Positions 1 through 11,312 of a stretch of DNA of 64,000 nt are shown here, one piece after another. Position 1 is the stretch's first letter; each line of letters starts with the position of its first letter. This DNA comes from an uncultured virus (IMG/VR IMGVR_UViG_3300030419_004303). Taxonomy: Duplodnaviria; Heunggongvirae; Uroviricota; Caudoviricetes. The DNA lies in IMG/VR virus record IMGVR_UViG_3300030419_004303, one strand, 5' to 3'. The position numbers and the translations under genes were made by a program. The notes below the pieces were generated by a model that did no database searches, was not told the DNA's origin, and saw only the letters and a program-made list of their open reading frames with translations.

Positions 1-1870
1 ATTTGAATCGGCTGTTCTATCTAACACAATAAAGTCTTTATATGTAGCTGATTTTATATCTAATTTTGCACTTGGGCTTGTATTTCCTACCCCTAATCTA
101 GCCGCACCCCCTAAAATCAAATCATCTTGGCTTTCGTCCCATAACATATAAGCCCCGCTAGTAGCCCCAAAAAACTTTACGTCATGTCCTGTGTCATCAA
201 CGCCAACCTGAAATGTTCCCCTAACATCGAGAGTCGAAGCGGGAGTCTCAGCTCCAATGCAGACTTGACCATTAGCCTGAAAATTAAAAACTACTCCACT
301 TGAATTTGAACCTTTAAGAATGTCTCGGCTATCTGAAGTTGTTCCAGTTTCTAACAGCAAAACACTCCCACCTGATATAGTTTTTATTCTAGCGAGTGCG
401 ACAACACTATCGTTAGAACCTTGTATATATAAATGCTGTTCATTCCCGCCACGTATATCAAGAATTGCTTCTGATGGAGTAGTCCCAAGCCCCAACCTAG
501 CGGCTCCCTCTAAAATCAAATCATCTGTACTTGCATCCCATAACATATAGGCTCCGCTAGTATCCCCGAAGAATTTAACATCGTAGCCCGTGTCATCGAC
601 ACCGACATCCAATTCTCCTGTTATATTTACCCCACTTGAATCTGTAGCTAATCTCTTGGTGTTATTGCCATAAAGCTCTACAATGTGACCACTGCCTGAC
701 TTAGCGGCAATCATCATATTCCCACTTATGGCATCCCTTACATATAGACTGGAACTATTGGGCTGGATATATAGGTCGTTTTGGCCTTGCTCTGTTATAT
801 AAGAATAATTTCCGTCATGCTGAATTTTTAAATCGTCACCATCACCAAAAGTCATGGGGGTGCTGTCGGTTAAGCGGAGCCTATCTTGGCTCTCGTCCCA
901 CATCAAATAGCTACCAGCAGTAGCCCCGAAGAACTTTACATCGTGACCTGTGTCGTCCACCCCAACAGTAATACCCTGATTGAAAACCCAAGAGTCTAAA
1001 GAGTTAGTCCAGTTAATTGTGTAGTCANNNNNNNNNNCCGCCCCCATCAGCAGTTGTGTCGGACGGGGTGTCTACGTTGCCTATGACAATGTTCTTATCC
1101 TCAACTAATAAATTAGTAGTGTCTATGGTTGTCGTTGTGCCATTAATAACAAGGTCAGACGAAACCGTTAAACTACCTGTTACCGTAGCCCCAGCAGAGG
1201 TTGTCTCAAACTTTTTGGAGTGATTATAATATAATTCGGCTCCCGCATTTGCGGTAAATACAGCCGCAGTTTCAAATAAATTACCTGACGGATTGTGGTG
1301 ACGGATGGTTAAAGTATTACTATTGGCTAAAGTGAATACATCGAAATTTTTATTGCCGTTGCCCGTTAAATTTAGCTCTCCTTCTATGTCCAAACTTCCA
1401 CCAATAGTGGAAACGGCTGTTGTGGTTAAGCCTCCTGTTATAGTTGCACCAGAAGATGTAGTCTCGAACTTTTTGCTTCCATTATGATATAGCTCTACAG
1501 CACCACCATTAATGAACTTTGCCATTTCTGTGGAGTCGTCAATATCCCTAATAACAATATCGTCTTCAGCTAAGATTTTTATATCATCCGCACTATTTTT
1601 TATTAGTAGATCGCCAGTCGTATTATCTATATGAGAATTTTCACCTGTAGGGTCATGGTATACTTGTAAATCATTCCCAGTGCCTACCATGATATACTGG
1701 TCATCAGAAAGTTTTAATGCGTTAGCTGACTCATCGATTTGTATCGATCCCGAAGCTGTATTAACAAAAAAGTCTCCCCCTTCAATTTCTAGTTTACGGC
1801 TGGGGCTTGTAGTGCCGATTCCGACATTACCTCTGAGCGTTTTGACATTTGGTATAGTTTGATCTGCCAT
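1..1870 (-). CDS. Second tail-fibre-like protein (partial; crosses the N gap at 1028-1037 and runs off the window start)
   Basis: Track ORF 1025..1870 has GNVGIGTTSP and VEDKNIVIG fibre motifs. After the gap I read an open continuation (DYTINWTNSLDSWVFNQGITVGVDDTGHDVKFFGATAGSYLMWDES...) with the same modules as the upstream fibre. Confidence 0.8.
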
Positions 1871-1871
1871 T

Positions 1872-4800
1872 TTATGATACTGCTGTTGCGTCTCCCATTA
1901 TATGATAACATAACCTACCTGATACGGAGGTAGATGAAGATGTGTTTGCCCTAAATTGTATTTCAAAACTGTCCCCTGTCCCATCTACGATTTTTGATAA
2001 GATCCCATCGGAAGCCAAGTTATCGTGTTCTGTTAGTATAATTCCTGGTTCCTTGTAACTTCCCGAATTGGCCGCATTCTGTATAAAGAACTCACCGACA
2101 TACGCTATAGAACTGTGACCGCTCCAATCGCCTGATATGAATACTTTAACATGACACGCAGTGTCGTCTGCCAGTGTGACTGTTAAGCCAGTTGAGAAAG
2201 ATTGGGTTACTGAATAATCTTTTCTGCCAATTAAGTGACCGTTACTTGTGCTATCTCCTATCTTTGCGATACCCCTAACGTCAAGCTTTTGGGCAGGGGC
2301 ATCAGTACCAATACCAACATTCATGTTTAGAACATTGAACTCTTGAGTACCAGCCGCATTGTGCTTGAACTCAAACCCATGATTGTTCATGTCAGAATGA
2401 AACTCCAGATTGCCTGTAGAACTGTTCCTTCCAATTGTAAATGCGTCCGTTTCTGTTCCTCCGCTTACATAGGAGAATCCTATCTGATGAGAAAGGTTGT
2501 TTGAGGCATCACTTAAATTTAATAACGAAGATGGACTTGTAGTCCCTATGCCTACATTCCCTCCCTCCTTGATGGTAAATCTTGTGGTCGCTGATGCTCC
2601 ATTTTCATAAACCTCAAAAGCATCATTTGAATTTTGCCCAACCGACCAATCAACAGTCCCATCAGTTGAAAATTCGACCGAATGATAATTAGTTCCCGCA
2701 GAAGGTCTATTGATTCTTATCCCTTGCCCAGCATTATTAGCGGCTGGAGTGTCAATCTGCAAATTACAGGCAGGGCTAGTAGTTCCTATGCCTACCTTTC
2801 CCGCAGAATCTATACGCATAGCTTCAGATTCATTGGTTATGAACCTCATCGAATCACCGTTATGTGCGTATTTTATCTGACCTATATTAGAGTTATCGTT
2901 ATCACCAAATTTTATAATTGAATTGTTAGTGGTGCTGTCAGACGCAGACAATATCAATTCTGCATCCACAGTGGACGACCTAAGTTTTATCCACTGACCC
3001 CTAACCTCTAAATGAGTTGACGGGTTACTAGTTCCTATACCCACTTTGCCGTCTGCGGTAATCCGCATCTTTTCACCTTCACTCTCAAAACTAATGTATC
3101 CGTCCTTATTGCCAGCACTGTCTGCCGCTAAAATTAAATTCCCGTAGCCAGCTTCATCTTCGTCTTGGATAGCCTTAATATATGATGAATTATCAGTGTC
3201 TGTTATGTACAATCCAGCATTTGTAGCCCTTCCGACATGAAATTTCTGCACTGTAGAGCTTGAGGTGGTGTCTACTATAGTTAATTTTCCTACTGGACTT
3301 GTAGTTCCTATGCCTACATTTCCCGCATTAAAGTAAGTGGCGTTCCCTGCATTACTAGTGATCCTCGTGTTGACGACTGTGCCATGATATAGTTTCCAAT
3401 CTGCGTTCCCGTTGGTTGCACTATCTACAAGTAATTCAAAAGCTGTCCTAGTGTTTGGAGTAGTATAAACTCTTATTCCTGTATCATTAGATGCCGTATG
3501 GATATCAAGAGGTTGGGCAGGAGCTGTTGTTCCTATTCCTAAATACCCCGCATTTGTAAGTCTAGCCTTTTCTGACCCCTCAAAAAAGAATCCTAAATCG
3601 CTGTCATCTGTACCCTGTCGTATTCCAGCTATATGAATGTCTGCATCTGAATTCCTTAGATGGAGCATAGCCATTGTGTTGGTAGTTGCGCTGGTATTCT
3701 CTATCCGTATTCCTTCGCTACCCCAATCTCCACCGCCACCACCTGAGAAGCTGGTATCTGTATCTACAAATTGTACGACAAACTTTTGGGCTGGGGTTGT
3801 AGTTCCTATTCCCAAACGAGCATCACCGCCTAGAATTAGGTCATCTGTACTCTCATCCCATAGCATATAAGAGCCACTCGTTGCGCCAAAAAACTTTACA
3901 TCATAACCTGTGTCATCTACTCCGACTTGTACTGTCGAGTCGTTAATTCGCATGACCTCAGTACCATTAATCTGGAAACCATGACCTCTTCCCCCTACAT
4001 CAAAGGTTACTCCACCATTAGAACTGCCTTGATGCCATGTGACATCCTTATTTGAATCAAAGTTTAACCAGACTTGTTGCGAGTATGTTGAATCAGTATT
4101 TTTAAATTCTGCTAAAGTCCCCGAACTTCCCATATCTTTAGCAACAGATAAGGTGTAAGAAGGAGCTATATTGCCGATGCCAACTCTACCTGATGTATCT
4201 ATACTTAGGTTATCAGTTGAACCGATAGTAGAATTAAAGCCCAACTGCATTATATCAGCAGAGGCATCGTGACTTATATAACAAGTGTCAGTATTATCCT
4301 GAAGAGCTATTTGAGCATCTTCATCAGTAGATTTAAATCTTGCTACCTCATTGTCTGCTGTCTCAACATGGAGCTGGGAAGATGGAGATGTTACACCAAT
4401 GCCAACTTTACCGTCTTTCGCAATCCTAACTCGTTCCGCTAAATCTGATTGAGTTTGATGGTAAGTGTAGAAAGCTAACCCAACCCACGCCCCATTGTTG
4501 TATTCAGTGACACTAGAAATTTTACCTCCTACATTGCCTGTACCGCCAACAGAAGGGTCATTTGAACCAAACTGTATTTCTGAATTGATCTCCCCAACAG
4601 AAGTTACTGTGTCCTTACCCCCTTCTATTTTAAGAACACCTGTCACACTGTCTGCCGCCTTAACATGAAGCAACGCTTCTGGGGCTGTAGTGCCTATACC
4701 TAATTGAGCCGCACCAGCCAGAACTAAATCATCTGTACTTTCATCCCAAAGCATATAGGAACCGCTAGTAGCCCCGAAAAATTTAACGTCATGCCCAGTA

Positions 4801-7800
4801 TCGTCTACTCCGACTGTTAATGTGGTTTTGATTAATGCAGTGTTCCCTTCTAGTTCAAGACCACCCCAAAGCTTCAGTTTTCCTCCACTTTGGAACTGCC
4901 CTCGCAAAGCCCCACTTGTAGTGAAGGCAAAGGAATTAGTCCCATAGTGGTAGATGCCAGTGTCAAGGTCACCCGCAAACGTAATTGAAGGAGCAGACGC
5001 ACTGCCAGTTCCATGAATAACATTTCCAAACGCCACATTGCCAGCAGATCCACTGTACACTTCGGACAATGGTGAGGCATCAGCAATGAAGGTAAATACT
5101 TCTGAGCTATCATCCCACCCGAAGAAACCTATCTTAGCGGCTGATCCGTTGTGGTAACGGAATTCAATTCCTCTATCTTTGTTGTCATCACTTGAAGGTG
5201 CGGTATCCCCGCCAAGAGTGAATACAGGGTCATCAATCGTGACAGTCGTACTGTTAACCGTTGTCGTAGTACCATTGATAATGAGGTCGGCTGATACTGT
5301 TAGGTTTCCTGTAACAGTTGCGCCTGTGTTAGTAGTCTCAAATTTTTTGGAGTTGTTATACCAGAGTGAAACACTAGAATCTTCATTACAATTAATTGCG
5401 ATGTCAGGCCCAGCCATAATGTAGACATCATCAGATCCTTTAATATATAAATCACCTTGACCAGTATCTTCAATATAGCTATGTGAACCATCATGGTAGA
5501 TTTCTAGATCATTTCCATCTCCAAACTTAGCCTTGGTGTTATCTGCGAACTCTAAAGCATCATCGCTGGCATCCCACTCTACATACCTGCCACTTGTAGC
5601 TCCGAAGAATTTTACATCATAGCCTGTATCGTCTACACCGACAGTAAGTCCTCCAGATAAAGTTGAAGCACCTGTAGTGGTTATTCCCCCTGTAATCGTT
5701 ACGCCTGTGGAGGCTGTCTGGAATTTTGCCGAGTTATCGTACCTAAGTTGAACCGCACCATTTTTATAACAGACAATCGCAGATTCCCCATATACAGCGT
5801 CATCATCATTGAAACCTATCGAAAAATTGTTAAGTGCCGAAATCTGAAATTCATTGCCTCCAGTATAAGCAATACGGCCACGCACGTTGTTATACCATAG
5901 CTTCAGGTCACGGTGAGTTCCTAGAGCCAGCAATGCATGATCTGGGAATACGGTGCTTGGGGTGTAAGTCTCGCCATCTATTCCCACAGTATACGATCCA
6001 TCGAGTTTGAAATATGTAGCAACCCCACCACTACCATCGTCTGATTGGAATATAATATCCTTGTCATCAGCGTTCTGCGTAATGTAAAGATCGCCAGTTT
6101 CGTTTTGTATGTATGAATTAGTTCCGTTGTGGAACAGCTTCATATCAGCACCCGTCCCTAAAGCTATTTTACTAGCGTCAGGAAATCTTGTAAGAAGTGC
6201 ATCGGTAGTTCCACTAGAATATTCAGCCGCACTTCCGTCTAAATAGAAATAGGTAGTCTCCCCACCATTTCCATCATCACACTGGAAAATTATATCTTTA
6301 TCGTTAGCGGCATTGCGTATCTTTAAATCGCCCGTGGCATTATTTAGCCATGAGTTAGTGCCATCATGGTAAATTCTTAAATCCGCTCCTGTACCTAGTG
6401 CCAGATAGGAAGCATCTGGGAAAACCGTATAAGGCGATCCGCTAGAAAGAGATCCATCCAAATAGAAATAGGTTTCAGTTCCTCCAGAACCGTCGTCAGA
6501 TTGGAAAATGATATCTTTGTCGTCTGCTACCTGTAGGAAGTACCAATCACCTGTATTATTTTCAAAGTAAGTAACACTTCCTGTGTGATACATCGAAGTA
6601 TCAGCACCATTACCCAAAGACAATCTTGAGTTATCTGGGAATACTGTATATGGGTGTCCTGACGAAAAGTCTCCTTCACAAGCAAAGTAAGTTTCAAAAC
6701 TTCCACTTCCATCATCTGCTTGGAAGATAATATCTTTATCAGCCGCTATGTTCTGGATATAATAATCACCTGTATTATTCTGGAGATATGAATCAGTTCC
6801 GTCATGGTAAACCCGAAGATCGTGGCCATTTCCAAAATCAGCACGGACATTATCATTATGCAAAGTTCCTTTAGCGAAATTTGTTAGCCCTGCGTTGCCG
6901 TCTATTGTGAAGTAAGCTGTCGTACCTCCTGACCCATTATCACAATAGAATCTAATAAGTCCGTCATCTGTACCATTTGTAATATCTAAATTACCTACCG
7001 CATTGTGAATGATTGAATTAACTCCTGTATGGTATACAGCTAGATCTCCCCCTGTTCCAAAGCGTAGAATAGAGTTATCTGGGAATATTGTGTTTGGGTA
7101 TGAAGCGAATCCTCCATCTAAATAGAAATAGGTTCCTAAACCGCCAGAACCGTCATCGCATTGGAATATAATATCCTGATCGTCTGCGTTGTTTCTTATG
7201 TAGAGACTACCAGTAACATTTTCTATTAAAGAATGAGATCCGTTGTGGTATATCTGTAAGTCAGCACCAGTGCCTATACTAAGAAAAGAATTATCTGGGA
7301 AAATCGTGTAAGGGTTACCAGAAGAAAGGGAACCGTCTAAGTAGAAATAGGTTTCCAATCCACCAGAACCGTCATCGCACTGGAAAATAATGTCTTTGTC
7401 ATTTTCTCTGTTAAGGATGAATAAGTGTCCTGTATAATTATCAATGGTGCTGTTTGTTCCATTATGATATATCTGTAAGTCCGTGCCAGTTCCAATAGCT
7501 AAGTGAGAGTTATCTGGGAATACTGTGAATGGATTGCCACTCGAAGCACTTCCATCTAAGAAGAAATAGGTTTCTGTGCTACCACTACCATCATCAGTAC
7601 CAAATAGAATGTCTTGATCATCAGCATAATTTGTTATGTATAAATTACCTGTGTTGTTAGATATATAAGAATGACTTCCGTTATGGTAAACACTTAAATC
7701 ACTACCAGTTCCAAACTTGGCCGCAACACTGTCATTAAACCTAAAATCTTTATAGGCAACTGTGCGGTGATTAGACCCATCTACTATAATATAATCGGTA

Positions 7801-10800
7801 AGACCCCCAGAACCATCATCATTTTGGATAACGATGTTTCCGTCATTAGAGGTTTGTTTAATATATAAATCACCAGTCCAGTTTAATAGTTCGGAATTGG
7901 TTCCAGTGTGGTAGATCAATAAGTCACCACTATTTCCAAGGGCCAGATAGGAATTGTCTGGGAAGACCGTATATGGGTAACCAGCAGAAAGAGATCCATC
8001 ACAATAGAAATAGGTTTCTGAGCCACCTGACCCGTCATCAGATTGGAATATAATATCCTTGTCATCAGCGTTATTGCGGATGTAGAGATCCCCTGTCTCA
8101 TTGTTGATGGAAGTGTTAGTCCCGTCATGGCGTATATTCAGGTCACCTGAGTCACCGAAAACTAGATAAGAATTATCAGGAAATCTGGTGAATGGGTCAC
8201 CCCCTGATGAAGAACCATCTAAGAAGAAATAGGTTTCAACCCCTCCACTGCCATCATCTGATTTGAATACGACATCACCATTGTCCAAAGTATTCTGGAT
8301 AATTAAACTACCAGTATTGTTACTTATATAAGAATCAGTTCCATCGTGGTAGATATGGAGATCAGACCCCGTACCCAATCGCAAATTAGTGCTGTCTGGT
8401 AATATTAACGCATCATTGCTTGCATCCCAGTGTACATACTTACTAGAAGTAGCCCCATAAGCTACGAAATCTTTCCCTCCTCCATTGATGCCTATATAGA
8501 CATCTTTGCTGAACTTGTTTAATCCCTCACTGCCGTCTAGGTAGTAATAAGTTTCTAAACCGCCAGAACCGTCATCGCATTGGAAAATCAGGTCTTTGTC
8601 AGTAGTGGCTTGTTTGATATAAAAATCCCCTCCTGCATTGTAAATAATAGAATTAGTTCCGTCATGCCAGATTTGCATATCAAAACCACCTCCCAAAGTG
8701 ATGCGGGAATTATCATACCACGATGTCATTAGCATCGTTGTGGCACTGCCGTCATGGGTAGCCTGACCGCCATTCATATCGAAATATGTGGCCGTACCTC
8801 CAGCGCCATCATCACATTGAAATCTTATACGTGAATCGTTGGTGTGATTTCTTATGTAAAGCGTACCAGTATAGTTATCGATATAGGAATGAGTGGCGTT
8901 GTGGTGAATAATTAAATCCGTGTTGTCACCAAAAGTCAGATAAGAATTGTCAGGGAAAATAGTATAAGGGCTTCCAGAAGAACGAGATCCATCTAAGAAG
9001 AAATAGGTTTCCATCCCCCCACTACCATCATCGCATTGGAATATTATATCTTTGTCGTCTGCATCGTTTTGTATATATAAATCACTAGTTGTACTTTTTA
9101 TATGTGAGTTACTCCCATCGTGATATAAATACAAATCGTTACCAACTCCTAGTCGTAAGTTGACAGAATCAAGTAATTTTATATCCTCTGAAAACTTTGT
9201 ATATCCAGAACTACCATCCAAATAGAAGTAGGTTTCTACTCCACCTGACCCATCATCACACTGGAAGATAAGATCACCATCATCTGTATTTTGCCTTACA
9301 TAAAAATTACCTGTGTAATTATCCAGATAGGTATTACTACCATCATGCATATACCTAGAATCACCGCCAGTGCCAACCCGAAATGGCTGTGAATCTGCTA
9401 TCCGTATTTCTTTCTGGGATGTAGTATACCCAGCAGATCCGTCAAGCGTTAGGTAAGCAGTAACTCCACCGCTACCATCATCGCATTGGAAGACGATGTC
9501 CTTATCATCGCCCTGCTGTTGTATGTATAAATCTCCAACAGCTTGTTTTATATAACTGTTAGAACCATCGTGGTAGATCTGTAGGTCTTCACCATCACCG
9601 AAAGTAGCTTTGATATTGTCATCCCACTTCGTCTGCCTCTTCATCCGAATAGAAGACTGACTACTGTCTAGGATTACATAGTCAACCGCAGTAGAGTTTG
9701 AATCAGTAGAGGCTTGCAGTCTAATGTCAGCATTATCAACATTGTTGCTTATATATAAAGTGCCAGTTTTGCTTTCAATATGTGAATCTGTGGCATCGTG
9801 ATAAATACGAAGATCAGAAGAACCAGATCCAAACTGCAATTTAGAATTGTCAGGGAACACTGTCTTAGGTGTCCCGTCCGTGTTCATCGACCCATCTAAG
9901 TAGAAGTAGGTTTCTAATCCACCACTACCGTCATCGCACTGGAAGATAACATCCTTATCGTTTGCGGTATTCTTGATTATTAAGTCACCAGTCCAATTTA
10001 AAAGGTTGGTGTTAGTCCCATCATGGTTGATGTCGAAATCAGCCCCCGTGCCGAAGTAAGCGGACACACTGTCGTCAAAGCGGATTGCCTTAGATGCAAC
10101 AGTATACGCAACACCACCATCTAAACGGATGTATTCAGTCGTATTACCAGACCCATCATCAGATACAAAAATAATATCTTTATCATCGGCATAATTTCTA
10201 AAGACTAAATCACCAACATAATTAGATATTCTAGAATCTGTGCCGTCGTGATAAATATGAAGGTCAAGTCCCGCACCAAACTTAGCTTTAACATTATCAG
10301 GAAATATTAAAGAGTCATCGCTCTCGTCCCAAAGTAAATACTTACCGCTCGTAGCACCGAAAAATTTAACATCGTGACCTGTGTCGTCTGCTCCTACTGT
10401 TAAAGCACCAGTTAAAGTGCCTCCCGCCAAAGGAAGCTTAGTCGCAATTGAATTGGTTACTGTTGTCGAGAACGAGGCATCATCATTCAATGCCGCCGCA
10501 AGCTCATTTAACGTGTCGAGAGCGGCAGGGGCTGCGTCTATTAAATTACTTACCGCTGTAGTAACATAAGCAGTAGTCGCAAGCTGTGTGCTGTTGGTTG
10601 CCGCTGAAGCTGTCGGTGCAAGTGGTGTGCCTGTAAAAGTAGGGCTTGCTACAGGGGCAACACCAGCTTCTGCGAATGTCTGGTTGATCCACTTAGAGGA
10701 GGAACTGTCGTACTGTAAAAGTTCGTTGTCAGAGATAGATGAGATGGTCGTATCATCCATCTCGTCTAAAGTGTTTTCTAAAGAAACTGCATTGTCTACA

Positions 10801-11312
10801 TAAGCTGTTGTAGCTAACCTGGTACTATTGTTACCAGAAGATTGTGTAGGGGCAGTAGGGTTTCCTGTAAAAGCGGGACTGGCTACAGGGGCAACACCAG
10901 CTTCAGAAAAAGTCTGGTTGATCCATTTAGAAGAAGAACTGTCATACTGTAAAAGTTCATTGTCAGAGATAGATGAAATGGTCGTATCGTCCATCTCGTC
11001 TAAAGTGTTTTCTAAAGAAATGGCACTATCCACATAAGCTGTAGTCGCTATTTGAGTATTGTTAGTCCCTGCGCTTGCAGTGGGGGCTATTGGTGTCCCT
11101 GTGAAAACAGGACTTACTTTAGGGGCAAAATCACTCTCAACCTGGAGAGTAGCCACTGTAGGGGTAACAGTAACTGCTATTAAGCTACCTGTAGTATCTG
11201 TAAGTGATAAAGCTCCCCCCGATGTTGAAGTAACGCTTAGTGTACTTCCTGCGGGCGGGGTGACAGTAACTGTATTGACTGTCTGTGTAACAGTGGCTTC
11301 TTCATCAGCCAT
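1872..11312 (-). CDS. Giant repeat-rich tail fibre / receptor-binding protein (3146 aa)
   Basis: N-terminal SPxFTGxPxAPT...ATTAYV repeats and APAALDTLNELAAAL motif typical of phage fibres; many VGIGTTSP repeats in the C-terminal third; central tandem repeats. Confidence 0.85.
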   Translation of the reverse strand: MADEEATVTQTVNTVTVTPPAGSTLSVTSTSGGALSLTDTTGSLIAVTVTPTVATLQVESDFAPKVSPVFTGTPIAPTASAGTNNTQIATTAYVDSAISLENTLDEMDDTTISSISDNELLQYDSSSSKWINQTFSEAGVAPVASPAFTGNPTAPTQSSGNNSTRLATTAYVDNAVSLENTLDEMDDTTISSISDNELLQYDSSSSKWINQTFAEAGVAPVASPTFTGTPLAPTASAATNSTQLATTAYVTTAVSNLIDAAPAALDTLNELAAALNDDASFSTTVTNSIATKLPLAGGTLTGALTVGADDTGHDVKFFGATSGKYLLWDESDDSLIFPDNVKAKFGAGLDLHIYHDGTDSRISNYVGDLVFRNYADDKDIIFVSDDGSGNTTEYIRLDGGVAYTVASKAIRFDDSVSAYFGTGADFDINHDGTNTNLLNWTGDLIIKNTANDKDVIFQCDDGSGGLETYFYLDGSMNTDGTPKTVFPDNSKLQFGSGSSDLRIYHDATDSHIESKTGTLYISNNVDNADIRLQASTDSNSTAVDYVILDSSQSSIRMKRQTKWDDNIKATFGDGEDLQIYHDGSNSYIKQAVGDLYIQQQGDDKDIVFQCDDGSGGVTAYLTLDGSAGYTTSQKEIRIADSQPFRVGTGGDSRYMHDGSNTYLDNYTGNFYVRQNTDDGDLIFQCDDGSGGVETYFYLDGSSGYTKFSEDIKLLDSVNLRLGVGNDLYLYHDGSNSHIKSTTSDLYIQNDADDKDIIFQCDDGSGGMETYFFLDGSRSSGSPYTIFPDNSYLTFGDNTDLIIHHNATHSYIDNYTGTLYIRNHTNDSRIRFQCDDGAGGTATYFDMNGGQATHDGSATTMLMTSWYDNSRITLGGGFDMQIWHDGTNSIIYNAGGDFYIKQATTDKDLIFQCDDGSGGLETYYYLDGSEGLNKFSKDVYIGINGGGKDFVAYGATSSKYVHWDASNDALILPDSTNLRLGTGSDLHIYHDGTDSYISNNTGSLIIQNTLDNGDVVFKSDDGSGGVETYFFLDGSSSGGDPFTRFPDNSYLVFGDSGDLNIRHDGTNTSINNETGDLYIRNNADDKDIIFQSDDGSGGSETYFYCDGSLSAGYPYTVFPDNSYLALGNSGDLLIYHTGTNSELLNWTGDLYIKQTSNDGNIVIQNDDGSGGLTDYIIVDGSNHRTVAYKDFRFNDSVAAKFGTGSDLSVYHNGSHSYISNNTGNLYITNYADDQDILFGTDDGSGSTETYFFLDGSASSGNPFTVFPDNSHLAIGTGTDLQIYHNGTNSTIDNYTGHLFILNRENDKDIIFQCDDGSGGLETYFYLDGSLSSGNPYTIFPDNSFLSIGTGADLQIYHNGSHSLIENVTGSLYIRNNADDQDIIFQCDDGSGGLGTYFYLDGGFASYPNTIFPDNSILRFGTGGDLAVYHTGVNSIIHNAVGNLDITNGTDDGLIRFYCDNGSGGTTAYFTIDGNAGLTNFAKGTLHNDNVRADFGNGHDLRVYHDGTDSYLQNNTGDYYIQNIAADKDIIFQADDGSGSFETYFACEGDFSSGHPYTVFPDNSRLSLGNGADTSMYHTGSVTYFENNTGDWYFLQVADDKDIIFQSDDGSGGTETYFYLDGSLSSGSPYTVFPDASYLALGTGADLRIYHDGTNSWLNNATGDLKIRNAANDKDIIFQCDDGNGGETTYFYLDGSAAEYSSGTTDALLTRFPDASKIALGTGADMKLFHNGTNSYIQNETGDLYITQNADDKDIIFQSDDGSGGVATYFKLDGSYTVGIDGETYTPSTVFPDHALLALGTHRDLKLWYNNVRGRIAYTGGNEFQISALNNFSIGFNDDDAVYGESAIVCYKNGAVQLRYDNSAKFQTASTGVTITGGITTTGASTLSGGLTVGVDDTGYDVKFFGATSGRYVEWDASDDALEFADNTKAKFGDGNDLEIYHDGSHSYIEDTGQGDLYIKGSDDVYIMAGPDIAINCNEDSSVSLWYNNSKKFETTNTGATVTGNLTVSADLIINGTTTTVNSTTVTIDDPVFTLGGDTAPSSDDNKDRGIEFRYHNGSAAKIGFFGWDDSSEVFTFIADASPLSEVYSGSAGNVAFGNVIHGTGSASAPSITFAGDLDTGIYHYGTNSFAFTTSGALRGQFQSGGKLKLWGGLELEGNTALIKTTLTVGVDDTGHDVKFFGATSGSYMLWDESTDDLVLAGAAQLGIGTTAPEALLHVKAADSVTGVLKIEGGKDTVTSVGEINSEIQFGSNDPSVGGTGNVGGKISSVTEYNNGAWVGLAFYTYHQTQSDLAERVRIAKDGKVGIGVTSPSSQLHVETADNEVARFKSTDEDAQIALQDNTDTCYISHDASADIMQLGFNSTIGSTDNLSIDTSGRVGIGNIAPSYTLSVAKDMGSSGTLAEFKNTDSTYSQQVWLNFDSNKDVTWHQGSSNGGVTFDVGGRGHGFQINGTEVMRINDSTVQVGVDDTGYDVKFFGATSGSYMLWDESTDDLILGGDARLGIGTTTPAQKFVVQFVDTDTSFSGGGGGDWGSEGIRIENTSATTNTMAMLHLRNSDADIHIAGIRQGTDDSDLGFFFEGSEKARLTNAGYLGIGTTAPAQPLDIHTASNDTGIRVYTTPNTRTAFELLVDSATNGNADWKLYHGTVVNTRITSNAGNATYFNAGNVGIGTTSPVGKLTIVDTTSSSTVQKFHVGRATNAGLYITDTDNSSYIKAIQDEDEAGYGNLILAADSAGNKDGYISFESEGEKMRITADGKVGIGTSNPSTHLEVRGQWIKLRSSTVDAELILSASDSTTNNSIIKFGDNDNSNIGQIKYAHNGDSMRFITNESEAMRIDSAGKVGIGTTSPACNLQIDTPAANNAGQGIRINRPSAGTNYHSVEFSTDGTVDWSVGQNSNDAFEVYENGASATTRFTIKEGGNVGIGTTSPSSLLNLSDASNNLSHQIGFSYVSGGTETDAFTIGRNSSTGNLEFHSDMNNHGFEFKHNAAGTQEFNVLNMNVGIGTDAPAQKLDVRGIAKIGDSTSNGHLIGRKDYSVTQSFSTGLTVTLADDTACHVKVFISGDWSGHSSIAYVGEFFIQNAANSGSYKEPGIILTEHDNLASDGILSKIVDGTGDSFEIQFRANTSSSTSVSGRLCYHIMGDATAVS
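5900..10300 (-). repeat. About 19 diverged tandem 70-80 aa repeats in the fibre (boundaries approximate)
   Basis: Recurrent unit DLxIYHxGTxSxIxNxTGDLYIxNxADDKDIIFQCDDGSGGxETYFYLDGS...FPDNS counted in the translation. Confidence 0.85.
10560..11125 (-). repeat. 234-bp (78-aa) tandem duplication near fibre N-terminus, about 2.4 copies
   Basis: LENTLDEMDDTTISSISDNELLQYDSSSSKWINQTF occurs twice identically; tactgtaaaa at 10711 and 10945. Confidence 0.9.

Noticed and set aside
1025..1037. Apparent stop or frameshift in the second fibre
   Set aside because: Coincides with an N gap of uncertain length; coding continues beyond it.
1872..11312. Diversity-generating retroelement target
   Set aside because: No reverse transcriptase in the window and no adenine-specific TR/VR pair noticed; the rest of the genome is unseen.
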